Shown here in pieces: positions 1 to 9,074 of a stretch of DNA of 44,237 nucleotides. The stretch's first letter is position 1. Each line of letters starts with the position of its first letter. Origin of the DNA: Clostridia bacterium (GTDB lineage Bacteria > Bacillota > Clostridia > Oscillospirales > QAMX01); assembly GCA_017414715.1 (NCBI GenBank), contig JAFQKV010000084.1, positions 1-44,237 of the forward strand, given 5' to 3'. Below the pieces are notes generated by a model, which was given only the letters and a program-made list of their open reading frames with translations, was not told where the DNA came from and searched no databases. A program made the position numbers and the translations under genes.

Positions 1-19
1 TCTGTTCTTCTGTCTCCCT

Positions 20-1480
20 CTAGTCCCTGCCCAGCAGTTTTTTCGCAAGTCCCGCAAGGCGGTCGATGCCCTCCGTAAGCGTCTCCGCCGACTTATCCGT
101 CTGTCGGTTCCACGTCCGCTCGGCAAGTGCCGCCAGGTTTTCCGTCACACCGCTGATCTCGCCGTCGTAGATATTCTCCCAGGCGCATAGTCCGCCACCC
201 AGCACCTGATCTGTCGGAGCGACGCAGATGGGTTTTGCATGCGCGGGTGACATAGAGTTCCAGTTTTTCCAGGTATAGATATTCCAATCCAAAATATCCT
301 CGGGATACCAGCGTCCGTCGGGGAGAAAATCCTTTCCCGCAGGAATGGTATAGAGCGGCTCCCAGGAGCAGTTGACAATGCGGAAGCCCTCCGCAAGCAA
401 ATCCGGTGCAAGATGGTAATAGGATTCCCAGACGATGACGATACACTCGCGGGAAATGCGCTCCGCGCCCTCCCGTGGAAAGCCTTCCCAGACGATAGGG
501 ATTCTGCCGAGCTCCAGAACCCCGTCGATGGCACGGCGCATAAAGTCAGTATAGAGTCCCCGCACGTCACGTATGCCGTTTTTCTTCATATATGCACGGC
601 AGACGGAACAATTCTCCCACTCCTCAATCTGTGCTTCATCGCCGCCGATGTGCAGATATCGGGAATCGGGGAACATGGTGATGACCTCTGCGCAGAGTGC
701 CTTGAGATCGTCAATGACCCCGGGCTTTCCGGCACAGATGATATTGTATGTATACATCCCCCTCTCCGCAAGTCTCTGCGTATCCACGGGCGTATCTGCA
801 AACCGCTCTGGATAGGTGGCAATCATGCGGGAGCAGTGTCCCGGCATCTCGATTTCTGGAATGATCTCAATGCTGCGGCTTCGGGCATATTCGACCAGCG
901 TGTCGATTTCCTGCCGGGTATAGCAATGCTTTCCGGCTCCAGGAAGCTCCGGCAACACCTGACTTGGCAGCGTATAGGCATTGGTGTCCGCAAAGTGTAT
1001 ATGAAAGTAACGGATTTTATACAACCAGCAAAGATCCACGTAATGAAGCAACTCCTCAAGGCTGTGTTTTTTCCGGGCAACATCCACCATCAGCGCACGG
1101 TATTCACAGTCGGGATGGTCGGTAATGCGGCATAGCGGCAGCGAAAGGCCTTCGCATCTGTGTACAATCAACTGCAGCAGAGACGAAAGGCCATAATGAT
1201 AGCCCGCCGCGTCGGATGCCGTGATGTGCACGCCGTCCCCGGCGCAGTTGAGCCGGTATTCCCCCTCCGCAAGCTCCTCTTCCCGACAAAGGCATATACC
1301 GCCGGAACTCTCCGACACCGAAACCTCAGCATCAAAGACCTTCTTCACATATCCAGCAAAGCACACGGCCGGAGCTTCCGCCAAAGGATCGGTAACAAGA
1401 ATCGCATCCGGCAGCGGCAGCTGCGTCCGGCTGCCGCAAAGCTCCAATTCCTTCGGAACGGGAATGACATTTGTATACAT
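20..1480 (-). CDS. GH20 beta-N-acetylhexosaminidase (no signal peptide)
   Basis: YRALMVDVAR, FHIHFAD, IIPEIEMPGH and catalytic HIGGDE motifs; GGAG RBS. Confidence 0.92.
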   Translation of the reverse strand: MYTNVIPVPKELELCGSRTQLPLPDAILVTDPLAEAPAVCFAGYVKKVFDAEVSVSESSGGICLCREEELAEGEYRLNCAGDGVHITASDAAGYHYGLSSLLQLIVHRCEGLSLPLCRITDHPDCEYRALMVDVARKKHSLEELLHYVDLCWLYKIRYFHIHFADTNAYTLPSQVLPELPGAGKHCYTRQEIDTLVEYARSRSIEIIPEIEMPGHCSRMIATYPERFADTPVDTQRLAERGMYTYNIICAGKPGVIDDLKALCAEVITMFPDSRYLHIGGDEAQIEEWENCSVCRAYMKKNGIRDVRGLYTDFMRRAIDGVLELGRIPIVWEGFPREGAERISRECIVIVWESYYHLAPDLLAEGFRIVNCSWEPLYTIPAGKDFLPDGRWYPEDILDWNIYTWKNWNSMSPAHAKPICVAPTDQVLGGGLCAWENIYDGEISGVTENLAALAERTWNRQTDKSAETLTEGIDRLAGLAKKLLGRD

Positions 1481-1519
1481 TCGTTATCTCCTCGACATTT
1501 TTGCGCAAATAACAAATTT

Positions 1520-1548
1520 ATCATAACACGGCGGCAGCCGCCCGTCAA
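1520..1548 (-). promoter_or_regulatory. sigma-A promoter for the GH20 gene
   Basis: TTGACG-17nt-TATGAT with extended TG on the minus strand. Confidence 0.6.
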
Positions 1549-1594
1549 CTGTAAGAGCGGCCCGCTTCCGGATCTTTTTGTCCTTTTATGCGCC

Positions 1595-1623
1595 TTTACA
1601 CTTCTATTCCGGTACGTTATAAT
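1595..1623 (+). promoter_or_regulatory. sigma-A promoter for the short ORF at 1654
   Basis: TTTACA-17nt-TATAAT. Confidence 0.65.
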
Positions 1624-1653
1624 AGATCTGACAACACTTACGGAGAAACAGCC

Positions 1654-1806
1654 ATGTACGAGCGCCAAAAACTTTTTGATGAATTCGACGCCCAGAAAGA
1701 ATCGACCGTCGCCCGAACCGAACGGGACATCGAACTTTACCGAAAGAGAAACTGTCGGCTGCAGATCCTCCGTCCGGACGGCACGCCCGTAACGCTGACA
1801 CTCTGA
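1654..1806 (+). pseudogene. 50-codon ORF, probable N-terminal stump of a glycoside hydrolase (GH10-like N-terminus)
   Basis: GGAG RBS and own promoter; IELYRKRNCRLQILRPDGTPV resembles the IExxRKxxxxlxvxdxxGxPv segment I recall preceding some GH10 catalytic domains; stops immediately after. Confidence 0.45.
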
Positions 1807-1904
1807 TTTGCGGCACATTTCCAACGCATCCGATTTTCTTGCACTTTCCGACGGATTATGCTAAAATTTACAAAAACGAGAGTAACACCGGATTGGAGAT
1901 ACGC

Positions 1905-3305
1905 ATGCAAAGCAAAAAAGAAGGCGGACTGAACATCGGTGTCCGCTCCTATCTGACCTCGCTTACGGTCATTATCATTCTGATGGCTGCGGCCTATATC
2001 CTGACATTTATCATTCCCGGCGGTGCTTACGTCCGCACGGAGGATGCCGCAGGCAACCTTATCATTGATACCGAAGCCGGCTTTGCCACCGTCCCCGGCG
2101 GTCTTCCCGTCTGGAAGTGGCTTCTATCGCCCGTTTTGGTACTGGGTGCCGCCGGCAGCGGAACGCTCATCGCAGTCATCGCCTTTCTTCTCATCATCGG
2201 TGGTATTTTTACGGCGCTGGATGCCTCCGGTCTGATCAAATATATGCTTGACCGGCTGGTTTTGCGCTTTGCTGCCGTCCGTTGGCGGTTGATGGCGCTG
2301 ATCGTTCTCTTTTTCATGGCACTCGGTTCCATGATCGGCTCCTTTGAAGAATGTGTACCGCTGGTACCCATCGTCGTTGCTCTTTCTCTGCGTCTCGGCT
2401 GGGATCGGATGACCGGCATCGGTATGAGTTTACTTGCCGCCGGCTGTGGCTTTGCCGCAGGCGTGTGCAATCCTTTTACCGTGGGAGTGGCTCAGCAGCT
2501 TGCGGGGCTTCCCATGTTCTCCGGCGTTTGGCTGCGGCTGGTTTCCTTTGTTCTTATCTATCTTCTGCTTCTCTTTTTTCTCCGGCATCATGCCCGCCGC
2601 ATCGGCAAGCCTGTAATGCAGACCGAAACTGCCGACCGGCAGCCCGCTCCCCGCATGGACCGCGCACTCACTGCTTTTGGCAGCATTCTCGGCAGCGGAA
2701 TTCTGTTGGTGCTTTCATCCGGTCTCATACGCGCCCTGCAGGATTACACCATGATCATAGTCGCCGTCACATTTCTTGCGGCAGGTATCACTGCCTGCCT
2801 CCTTTCCGGCATGGGGCTCAGGGCGCTCCTGCGCGAATCCGCAAAGGGAATCCTGAATATCTTTCCCGCCGTGCTGATGATCCTGATGGCCTCCTCCATC
2901 CGGTACACACTGGAGGAAGCTCACATTCTCGACACACTGCTGCATGCCGCCGTCACCGCAGCAAAGGCACTGCCCGGACATATCATCATTCTGTTTGTGT
3001 ATCTCATCGTTCTGGTGATGAATTTCTTTATCCCTTCAGGTTCTGCCAAAGCCTTTATGCTCATGCCCGTTCTGCTCCCCATCGCACAGATTTTCGGACT
3101 CTCGCCCCAACTCTGCGTGCTTGCCTTCGCCTTTGGCGATGGTTTTTCCAACGTCTTTTATCCCACCAATCCTGCCCTGCTCATCAGCCTCGGACTTGCC
3201 GACACCGGCTACGGAAAATGGTTCCGCTTCTCCTGGAAATTCCAGGCTGCAAACCTTTTACTCACGGCACTCCTGCTGCTTGCGGGACTTGCCGCGGGGT
3301 ATTAA
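1905..3305 (+). CDS. YfcC/DcuC-like anaerobic carrier family transporter
   Basis: Many TM segments; TFIIPGGAY, NPFTVGVAQQLAGLPMFSG and FFIPSGS motifs; ATG 1905 follows GGAG. Confidence 0.85.
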   Translation: MQSKKEGGLNIGVRSYLTSLTVIIILMAAAYILTFIIPGGAYVRTEDAAGNLIIDTEAGFATVPGGLPVWKWLLSPVLVLGAAGSGTLIAVIAFLLIIGGIFTALDASGLIKYMLDRLVLRFAAVRWRLMALIVLFFMALGSMIGSFEECVPLVPIVVALSLRLGWDRMTGIGMSLLAAGCGFAAGVCNPFTVGVAQQLAGLPMFSGVWLRLVSFVLIYLLLLFFLRHHARRIGKPVMQTETADRQPAPRMDRALTAFGSILGSGILLVLSSGLIRALQDYTMIIVAVTFLAAGITACLLSGMGLRALLRESAKGILNIFPAVLMILMASSIRYTLEEAHILDTLLHAAVTAAKALPGHIIILFVYLIVLVMNFFIPSGSAKAFMLMPVLLPIAQIFGLSPQLCVLAFAFGDGFSNVFYPTNPALLISLGLADTGYGKWFRFSWKFQAANLLLTALLLLAGLAAGY

Positions 3306-3315
3306 GGCCTTCGCA

Positions 3316-3660
3316 ATGCGTTCGATCCGTAATCTGCGTGAGAAGCTGATCGTCCTTGTGATCCTTGCGGTCTGGGTTCTGCTTCGGCTTTTTCTCCGCA
3401 CCCAATGTCCTATTTTATCCCTGACCGGTATTCCCTGTCCCGGCTGCGGCATGACCCGGGCATGTGTTGCGTTCCTCCGCGGTGATTTTTCCGCCGCCTT
3501 TGCCTGTCACGGCATGGTCTGGAGCCTTCCGTTACTGCTTCTGCTGTTTCTCTTTGACGGTCAGTTTTTCCGTCGAAAATGGATAAATATTATGACCGTT
3601 TCCGTCCTTGGTATCGGTTTTCTTATAAACTGGATCGCAAAGCTGATCGTGATCCTGTGA
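3316..3660 (+). CDS. DUF2752 membrane protein
   Basis: CPILSLTGIPCPGCGMTRA signature; adjacent to a TM2 gene. Confidence 0.85.
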   Translation: MRSIRNLREKLIVLVILAVWVLLRLFLRTQCPILSLTGIPCPGCGMTRACVAFLRGDFSAAFACHGMVWSLPLLLLLFLFDGQFFRRKWINIMTVSVLGIGFLINWIAKLIVIL

Positions 3661-3675
3661 TTTTGTCGAATTTTC

Positions 3676-3705
3676 TTGACAAAGCTCTTTATTTCGTGTT
3701 AGAAT
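3676..3705 (+). promoter_or_regulatory. sigma-A promoter for the TM2 gene
   Basis: TTGACA-18nt-TAGAAT with extended TG. Confidence 0.55.
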
Positions 3706-3749
3706 TAATCTGTACACATAGTTAATCTTTATAAGAGGGGTATACACTC

Positions 3750-4136
3750 ATGTTTTGTAAGAACTGCGGCAAAGAAATGAACGAAAACCAGGCCGTCTGC
3801 CTCAATTGCGGCGTTCAGTCAGGTCAGGGAACTGCTTTCTGCCAGAACTGCGGCAAGGAGCTTCCTCCCAAGGCTGCGGTATGCCTCGGCTGCGGTGTTG
3901 ATGTCCGTGCACAGACCTGTGCGGAGCTTGCCGGCCAGCCCAAATGGGTCATGGCTCTGCTCTGCTTCTTCCTTGGCGGTCTCGGCATCCATAATTTCAT
4001 CATGGGTGAAAACAAGAAGGGTATCTTCAAGATCATCATGTCCCTTCTCTGCGGCATCGGTTATATCTTCGTTCTGATCGATTTCGTCAAGATCCTGACC
4101 GACAAGTACGTCATTGATCCCAACAAGCTCGTCTGA
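3750..4136 (+). CDS. Zinc-ribbon plus TM2 domain protein
   Basis: Double CxxC zinc ribbons (FCKNCG, CLNCG, FCQNCG, CLGCG); TM2 motif FFLGGLGIHNF. Confidence 0.88.
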   Translation: MFCKNCGKEMNENQAVCLNCGVQSGQGTAFCQNCGKELPPKAAVCLGCGVDVRAQTCAELAGQPKWVMALLCFFLGGLGIHNFIMGENKKGIFKIIMSLLCGIGYIFVLIDFVKILTDKYVIDPNKLV

Positions 4137-4153
4137 TTTATTTTACATTTTCC

Positions 4154-4189
4154 AACACCTGCCCGAACCAAATCCGGGCAGGTGTTTTT
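4154..4189 (+). terminator. Intrinsic terminator
   Basis: aacacctgcccg/cgggcaggtgtt stem followed by a T run. Confidence 0.85.
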
Positions 4190-4204
4190 ATTTGATTACT
4201 ACGG

Positions 4205-4233
4205 TTGACAAAGGTAATCCTGTGTGCTATACT
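4205..4233 (+). promoter_or_regulatory. sigma-A promoter driving a structured RNA or hppA leader
   Basis: TTGACA-17nt-TATACT with extended TG. Confidence 0.8.
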
Positions 4234-4235
4234 CT

Positions 4236-4412
4236 GAACCGATCGAAACGAGTGGTGGAGTCTGTCATAGAGCACCCCGTATTTCCGGGCGCTTTATTTG
4301 TTTCGGTTCGACGCGGGCTTTTGTGCGTGTCGGAATAGTTCTGCATGCCGTTTTTTCAGGAAGCAAGAATGATTTCAAGGGACAGAACCGTCAGGTTTTG
4401 TCCCCTTTTTTT
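4236..4412 (+). ncRNA. Candidate structured RNA (riboswitch-like leader or sRNA) upstream of hppA
   Basis: Between a strong promoter and a terminator; several hairpins; no credible ORF. Confidence 0.45.
4377..4412 (+). terminator. Intrinsic terminator or attenuator upstream of hppA
   Basis: gggacagaacc-gtca-ggttttgtccc then T7. Confidence 0.85.
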
Positions 4413-4531
4413 GTGCTTGAAAAGGTATGCCGGCCAATCGCTAAGCAACTTTTTCCCCGCAGAATACCGTTGTGCTTTAGCCTTACTCTGCCACCGCTTT
4501 GATACAATTATTTTCTCTTCGGAGGTCAATC

Positions 4532-6614
4532 ATGGAACTGAACAACCTGTTCTATTGCCTGTCCTTCCTCGTGGCAGTCTTAGGCTTTGCTTTTGCGGCC
4601 TATCTCTACCTATGGGTGAAGAAACAGCGCACCGAGAACAAAACCATCATCGAGGTCTCCGGCCTCATCCGCCAGGGTGCAAACACCTTTATGCGCCGTG
4701 AGTACAAGATCCTTGCGGTCTTTGCTCTTGCTCTCGCCGCAATCATCTTCGTTCTTCTGCCTGCGCCTTTATGGTCTGAGAACGCAAACGTTGCGCACAA
4801 TATCGGCATGGCCGTCTCCTACATCTTTGGTACCGCGCTCTCTGCGGTCGCCGGTAAGATCGGCATCATCGTTGCCGCCCTTTCCAATGCCCGTGCTGCC
4901 GAGGCCGCACAAAAAGGCATCAAGCCCGCCTTCCTCATCGGCTTCCGCGGCGGTGCCGTCATGGGTCTGCTGGTTGTCGGCTGCGCGCTGCTCGGCGTGA
5001 CCAGCGTCCTGTGGATCGTTGGCGATGCCTCCATCCTGCTGGGCTTCTCCTTCGGCGCCAGCTCCCTGGCTCTCTTTGCCAAGGCCGGCGGCGGTATCTT
5101 TACCAAAACCGCCGACGTTGCTGCCGATATCACCGGTAAGGTTGAGCTCGGCATACCCGAGGACGATCCCCGCAATCCTGCTGTCATCGCTGACAACGTC
5201 GGCGACAACGTCGGTGATGTTGCCGGTATGGGCGCAGACCTTTTTGACTCCAACGTTGCTTCCATCGTCTCCGCTCTCGTTATCGCGCAGAGCCTTGCCG
5301 GTGACTTTGCCAACGTTGCCATGGTCTTCTGCTACTCTCTGCTGGGCCTGCTTTCCTCCATTATCGGTATTGCCACTGCCCGCATCGGCAAAAACGGCAG
5401 CCCCACCAAGGCGCTGAACTCCTCTACCTACGTTACCACCGGCATCTTCCTGGTACTGTCCGCCCTTGCGACCGTCCTTGTGCCCGGTTTCTCCTGGCGC
5501 ATCTGGGGCGCTTCCACCACCGGTCTTCTCGTCGGCACCATTATCGGTATTGCTACCGACTACTTCACCGATGATTCCAAGCCCATCGTCAAGAAGTGCG
5601 CCCATGCTTCTGCCTCCGGCCCCGCCTTCACCATTCTTTCCGGCACGGCCTACGGCTTCCTCTCTGCTCTTCCCGCTATGATCGGTATCGCCATCTCCGC
5701 GCTCACTGCCTATAAACTTTGCGCTCCCATGGGCGAGGGTTATGCCCTCTTCGGTATCGCGATGGCTGCCGTCGGTATGCTTTCCACCGTTGCAATGGTC
5801 ATCTCCAATGATGCCTACGGTCCCATCGTCGACAATGCCCGCGGTCTTGCCGAAATGGGCGGGCTCGGCGAAGATACCATCGCCGTTGCCGATGAGCTTG
5901 ACTCCGCCGGCAACACCGTTAAGGCTGTCACCAAGGGCTTTTCCATTGGTGCTGCCGGTCTGACCGTTATCAGCCTCCTCGGCGCCTTTATGAGTGAAGT
6001 CAATGTTGCCCTCAAAGCTGCCGGCAAGGCTCCCCTCACCGGTTTCGACATCATGGATCCCACCGTCTTCTTCGGCATTCTTATCGGTGCAGCCATTCCC
6101 GCCGTTTTCTCCGCCCTGCTCATCCTCGGCGTTGACAAGAACGCACAGCGCATGGTCGCCGAGATCCATCGTCAGTTCAACACCATTATCGGTCTCCGCG
6201 AAGGCACTACGAAACCCGAATACGACAAATGCATCGATATCGCTACCACCGGTGCTCTTCGCGAGCTTCTGCCCGCCGGCGGCGTAGCCATCATTGCCAC
6301 CATCCTCGTCGGATTCATCGGCGGTCCTGCTGCAGTTGGCGGCTTCCTCGTTGGTAACATTGTTTCCGGTTTGCTGCTCTCCCTCTTTATGTCCAACGCA
6401 GGCGGCCTCTGGGATAACTCCAAGAAGTTCGTTGAGGCCGGCAACGAAGGCGGCAAGGGCAGTGAGGCTCACAAAGCCGCCGTTATCGGCGACACCGTCG
6501 GTGACCCCCTACAAGGATACCGCCGGACCCTCTATCAACACCCAGATCACCGTTGTTTCCCTGGTTGCATCTCTTCTATCCACTCTGTTTGTGGCCTTCT
6601 CCATCTTCGGTTAA
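4532..6614 (+). CDS. hppA: Membrane-bound ion-translocating pyrophosphatase, with a +1 frameshift at the C run 6505-6509
   Basis: GGGIFTKTADV, EDDPRNPAVIADNVGDNVGD, DAYGPIVDNA and GDTVGDP motifs; the conserved tail KDTAGPSIN continues in another frame ending at 6614. Confidence 0.93.
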
Positions 6615-6631
6615 TCTTACTCAAAGCACAT

Positions 6632-6666
6632 AAAAGCTGCCCGGTTTGAAAACCGGGCAGCTTTTT
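6632..6666. terminator. Bidirectional terminator between hppA and the G1PDH gene
   Basis: aaaagctgcccggttt-gaa-aaccgggcagcttttt between convergent genes. Confidence 0.85.
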
Positions 6667-7913
6667 CATGCAAAATATTTATACCAAAGCCAAAGGCAGG
6701 TGTATCGATCCTTCAGATCCTTTGCATACAGGATTCCGTCGGCGATGACGTCCGCTCCGTAGAGTTCTTCGAACTCGGTCATTGACAGACCGATCTCCTC
6801 AACAAGCTCCCGCATTTCCGCCTCACCGGGTGCAGATGCGAGAATGCGCCGGATACCTTCCCAATCTGCTGGAAAGTCCGCTCCGCTGTCATAATGCCCC
6901 GTCTTATCCTGAAGCGCGATAATGCCCTCTGCCGAGGCTCCGTAGATACGGCGGATCTCCTTGCGCCAATCGGGGAGTTCCGATCTGCGGGGGTGGGAGG
7001 CGCACATTCGCTCGCGCAGTCTTGCTGTGATCACCGCCGAGCAGAGCACGTCGATACCGTGGGGCAGATACGCTTTTTCACGGAGGATTCCGGTGATTTC
7101 AAAATAGTGCGAGAGATGGTGCTCACTTCCCGATGCTGGGCGGGAATTGCCCACGTAGCTCATAGCAATACCGGCAACCACCAGCGCCTCCATCAGCGCC
7201 TCGACGGCGGATTCGTCTCCCTTGCGTACACCGGCGGCCAGGGGGCGCACGCGATCCACCGCAGACTGCATAAGTGCGCAGACCTCGGGGCAAAAATATT
7301 CCCCAAGCAGCGCGGCGGATAGCCGCCAGTCATTGAGACAGGAGTATTTCCCGATGATATCACCCCAGCCTGCCTGCCGCATCCGCAGCGGCGATGCCGC
7401 CAGTACCGCCGTATCTGCATAGATGCCCCGGGGCGGGCGGGCATCCCGCGTGATCTTCATTCCGTTCAGAATGAGCGCCGCACCTACGGAGGCAAAGCCG
7501 TCCATGGAGGGCGCCGTGGCAAAAATATCGTAGGGCAGCCCGCAGGAGTGGCTGACGTATTTGCAAAGATCGTTGATCACGCCGGAGCCGATGCCGAGGA
7601 TCAAATCGCAATCCCCGGGAACCGCATCCCGCAGCCTGCGGACGGCAGTCTCATCGGGGATAAGCAGAGCATTCCCCGTTTCGAACACACACCGGGCGGC
7701 AACGCGCTCCCCCAGCATTTCCGTCGCCGGTATACCTGCGACGCGCCAGGTGTTTTCATCGGCCACCAGCAAGATGTTCCGATATCCCGCCGTCAACTCC
7801 GGCAGCTTTTGCGCCGCATTTCTGCCGATATACACCTGCTTTACGGGACAGGTATGTACCCGTCCGCAGCCGCAATCCGTTTTGCCTTTGAGCAGCTCTG
7901 AAATTTCCGTCAT
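6666..7913 (-). CDS. sn-glycerol-1-phosphate dehydrogenase (AraM/EgsA family)
   Basis: CGCGRVH N-terminus; GSGVINDLCK, TAPSMDGFAS, SRPASGSEHHLSH and HG motifs. Confidence 0.88.
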   Translation of the reverse strand: MTEISELLKGKTDCGCGRVHTCPVKQVYIGRNAAQKLPELTAGYRNILLVADENTWRVAGIPATEMLGERVAARCVFETGNALLIPDETAVRRLRDAVPGDCDLILGIGSGVINDLCKYVSHSCGLPYDIFATAPSMDGFASVGAALILNGMKITRDARPPRGIYADTAVLAASPLRMRQAGWGDIIGKYSCLNDWRLSAALLGEYFCPEVCALMQSAVDRVRPLAAGVRKGDESAVEALMEALVVAGIAMSYVGNSRPASGSEHHLSHYFEITGILREKAYLPHGIDVLCSAVITARLRERMCASHPRRSELPDWRKEIRRIYGASAEGIIALQDKTGHYDSGADFPADWEGIRRILASAPGEAEMRELVEEIGLSMTEFEELYGADVIADGILYAKDLKDRYTCLWLWYKYFA

Positions 7914-8719
7914 TACTCGTTCTCTTTCAGATCCGGAATAATTAAAGAAGCATCCGCCAGCACCAGATCGGGCTTCTCAAAGGAGGCGGCCAGAATCTCC
8001 TCATCCGTCTCGCCGCTCATGACCAGCACCGCCAGGCATCCGGCACGCAGACCGCTCTTTACGTCGGTATAGATTCTGTCACCGATGACAGCGGTCTCCT
8101 CTTTCGTATATCCCGTCATTTCCATGGCGATCTCCGGCATGCGGGGCTCGGGCTTTCCGATGACCAGAGGACGGCGTTTCGCCACGTTATAGAGCATATC
8201 ACAGACGCTGCCGCAGTCAGGCACGCTGCCAAACTCCGTGGGACAGACGTAATCGGGGTTGGTGGCGATATAAGGGATTCCCGGACGGGTACAGAGCATA
8301 TAGGAGATATCGTGCAGCTTTTTGAAGCTGAGCTCGGTGTCAAAGCCCATGACGATGCAGTCGGTATCCTCCACCGACTCCGTCAGCGCAAAGCCCGCGC
8401 GGGAAAGCTCCTCCTTGAGAGATGTCGTTCCGCAGACGTAGAGCCGCTGTCCCGCATGGTTTGTCTGCAGATATCGCGCCGTTGCCTGCGAAGAAGTAAT
8501 AAAATCCTCTTCCGTCGCCGCAATACCCAGCTTCGCGAGCTTATCAATATAGGCACGCACGCTTTTGGAGGAATTATTGGTCATGAACATATACTTCCGT
8601 CCGCTCTCACGGATGGTGCGCAGAAGTTCCGGTGTGAAGTCGTATAAACGGTCACCGAGATAGAGGGTTCCGTCCATATCAAAGAGAAACAGCTTAATAT
8701 TACGGAATTCTCCGGCCAT
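7913..8719 (-). CDS. HAD-IIA (NagD/AraL-like) phosphatase
   Basis: FDMDGTLY, TNNSS, IATNPD, GKPEP and IGDRIYTD motifs; start after AAGGAGG. Confidence 0.9.
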   Translation of the reverse strand: MAGEFRNIKLFLFDMDGTLYLGDRLYDFTPELLRTIRESGRKYMFMTNNSSKSVRAYIDKLAKLGIAATEEDFITSSQATARYLQTNHAGQRLYVCGTTSLKEELSRAGFALTESVEDTDCIVMGFDTELSFKKLHDISYMLCTRPGIPYIATNPDYVCPTEFGSVPDCGSVCDMLYNVAKRRPLVIGKPEPRMPEIAMEMTGYTKEETAVIGDRIYTDVKSGLRAGCLAVLVMSGETDEEILAASFEKPDLVLADASLIIPDLKENE

Positions 8720-8732
8720 ATACAACGCCTCC

Positions 8733-9074
8733 TTAATCCACCGCCGCCGTTGCGACGATATCCGTTCCGAAGATGCCGGGAATGAGCACCTGTCCGATAC
8801 GGACGGGTGCCTTCGCCGTTGCGGCACGGATGATCGCCATCAGCTCGAAGATCTTTTCCTTGGGGATGGGGGCCGCTGTTTTGACCGCCACCGACCGTCC
8901 GTCCTCCAGATGGAGAGTAGAGGTCACCGTTCGGGTGGGAGCCGTACATTCCGCGATGGCATATTCCTCGCCTCGCCGGCAGGTCTGCCCCGTAACCGTC
9001 AGGGCATCCCCTATTCCGTCCACCCGGATCCGGCAGCCCATGGGGCAGACGATACAAACCAGTTCCTTTTTCAT
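8733..9074 (-). CDS. DUF1667 metal-binding subunit of the G3PDH module
   Basis: CIVCPMGC...TCRRG motif; ATGA overlap with the upstream gene. Confidence 0.88.
   Translation of the reverse strand: MKKELVCIVCPMGCRIRVDGIGDALTVTGQTCRRGEEYAIAECTAPTRTVTSTLHLEDGRSVAVKTAAPIPKEKIFELMAIIRAATAKAPVRIGQVLIPGIFGTDIVATAAVD

Noticed and set aside
4250-4380. Fluoride (crcB) riboswitch call for the hppA leader
   Set aside because: The ggtggagtctgtcata segment is reminiscent, but the P1 pairing and the closely spaced GCUxAUGACxxCUAC 3' consensus are missing; left unassigned.
4769-6472. 567-aa ORF antisense to hppA
   Set aside because: Shadow of a codon-biased gene on the opposite strand; no recognisable motifs.
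6500-6515. Programmed ribosomal frameshift in hppA
   Set aside because: No recognised slippery site or stimulatory structure, and no precedent I know in this family; an error or mutation is simpler.
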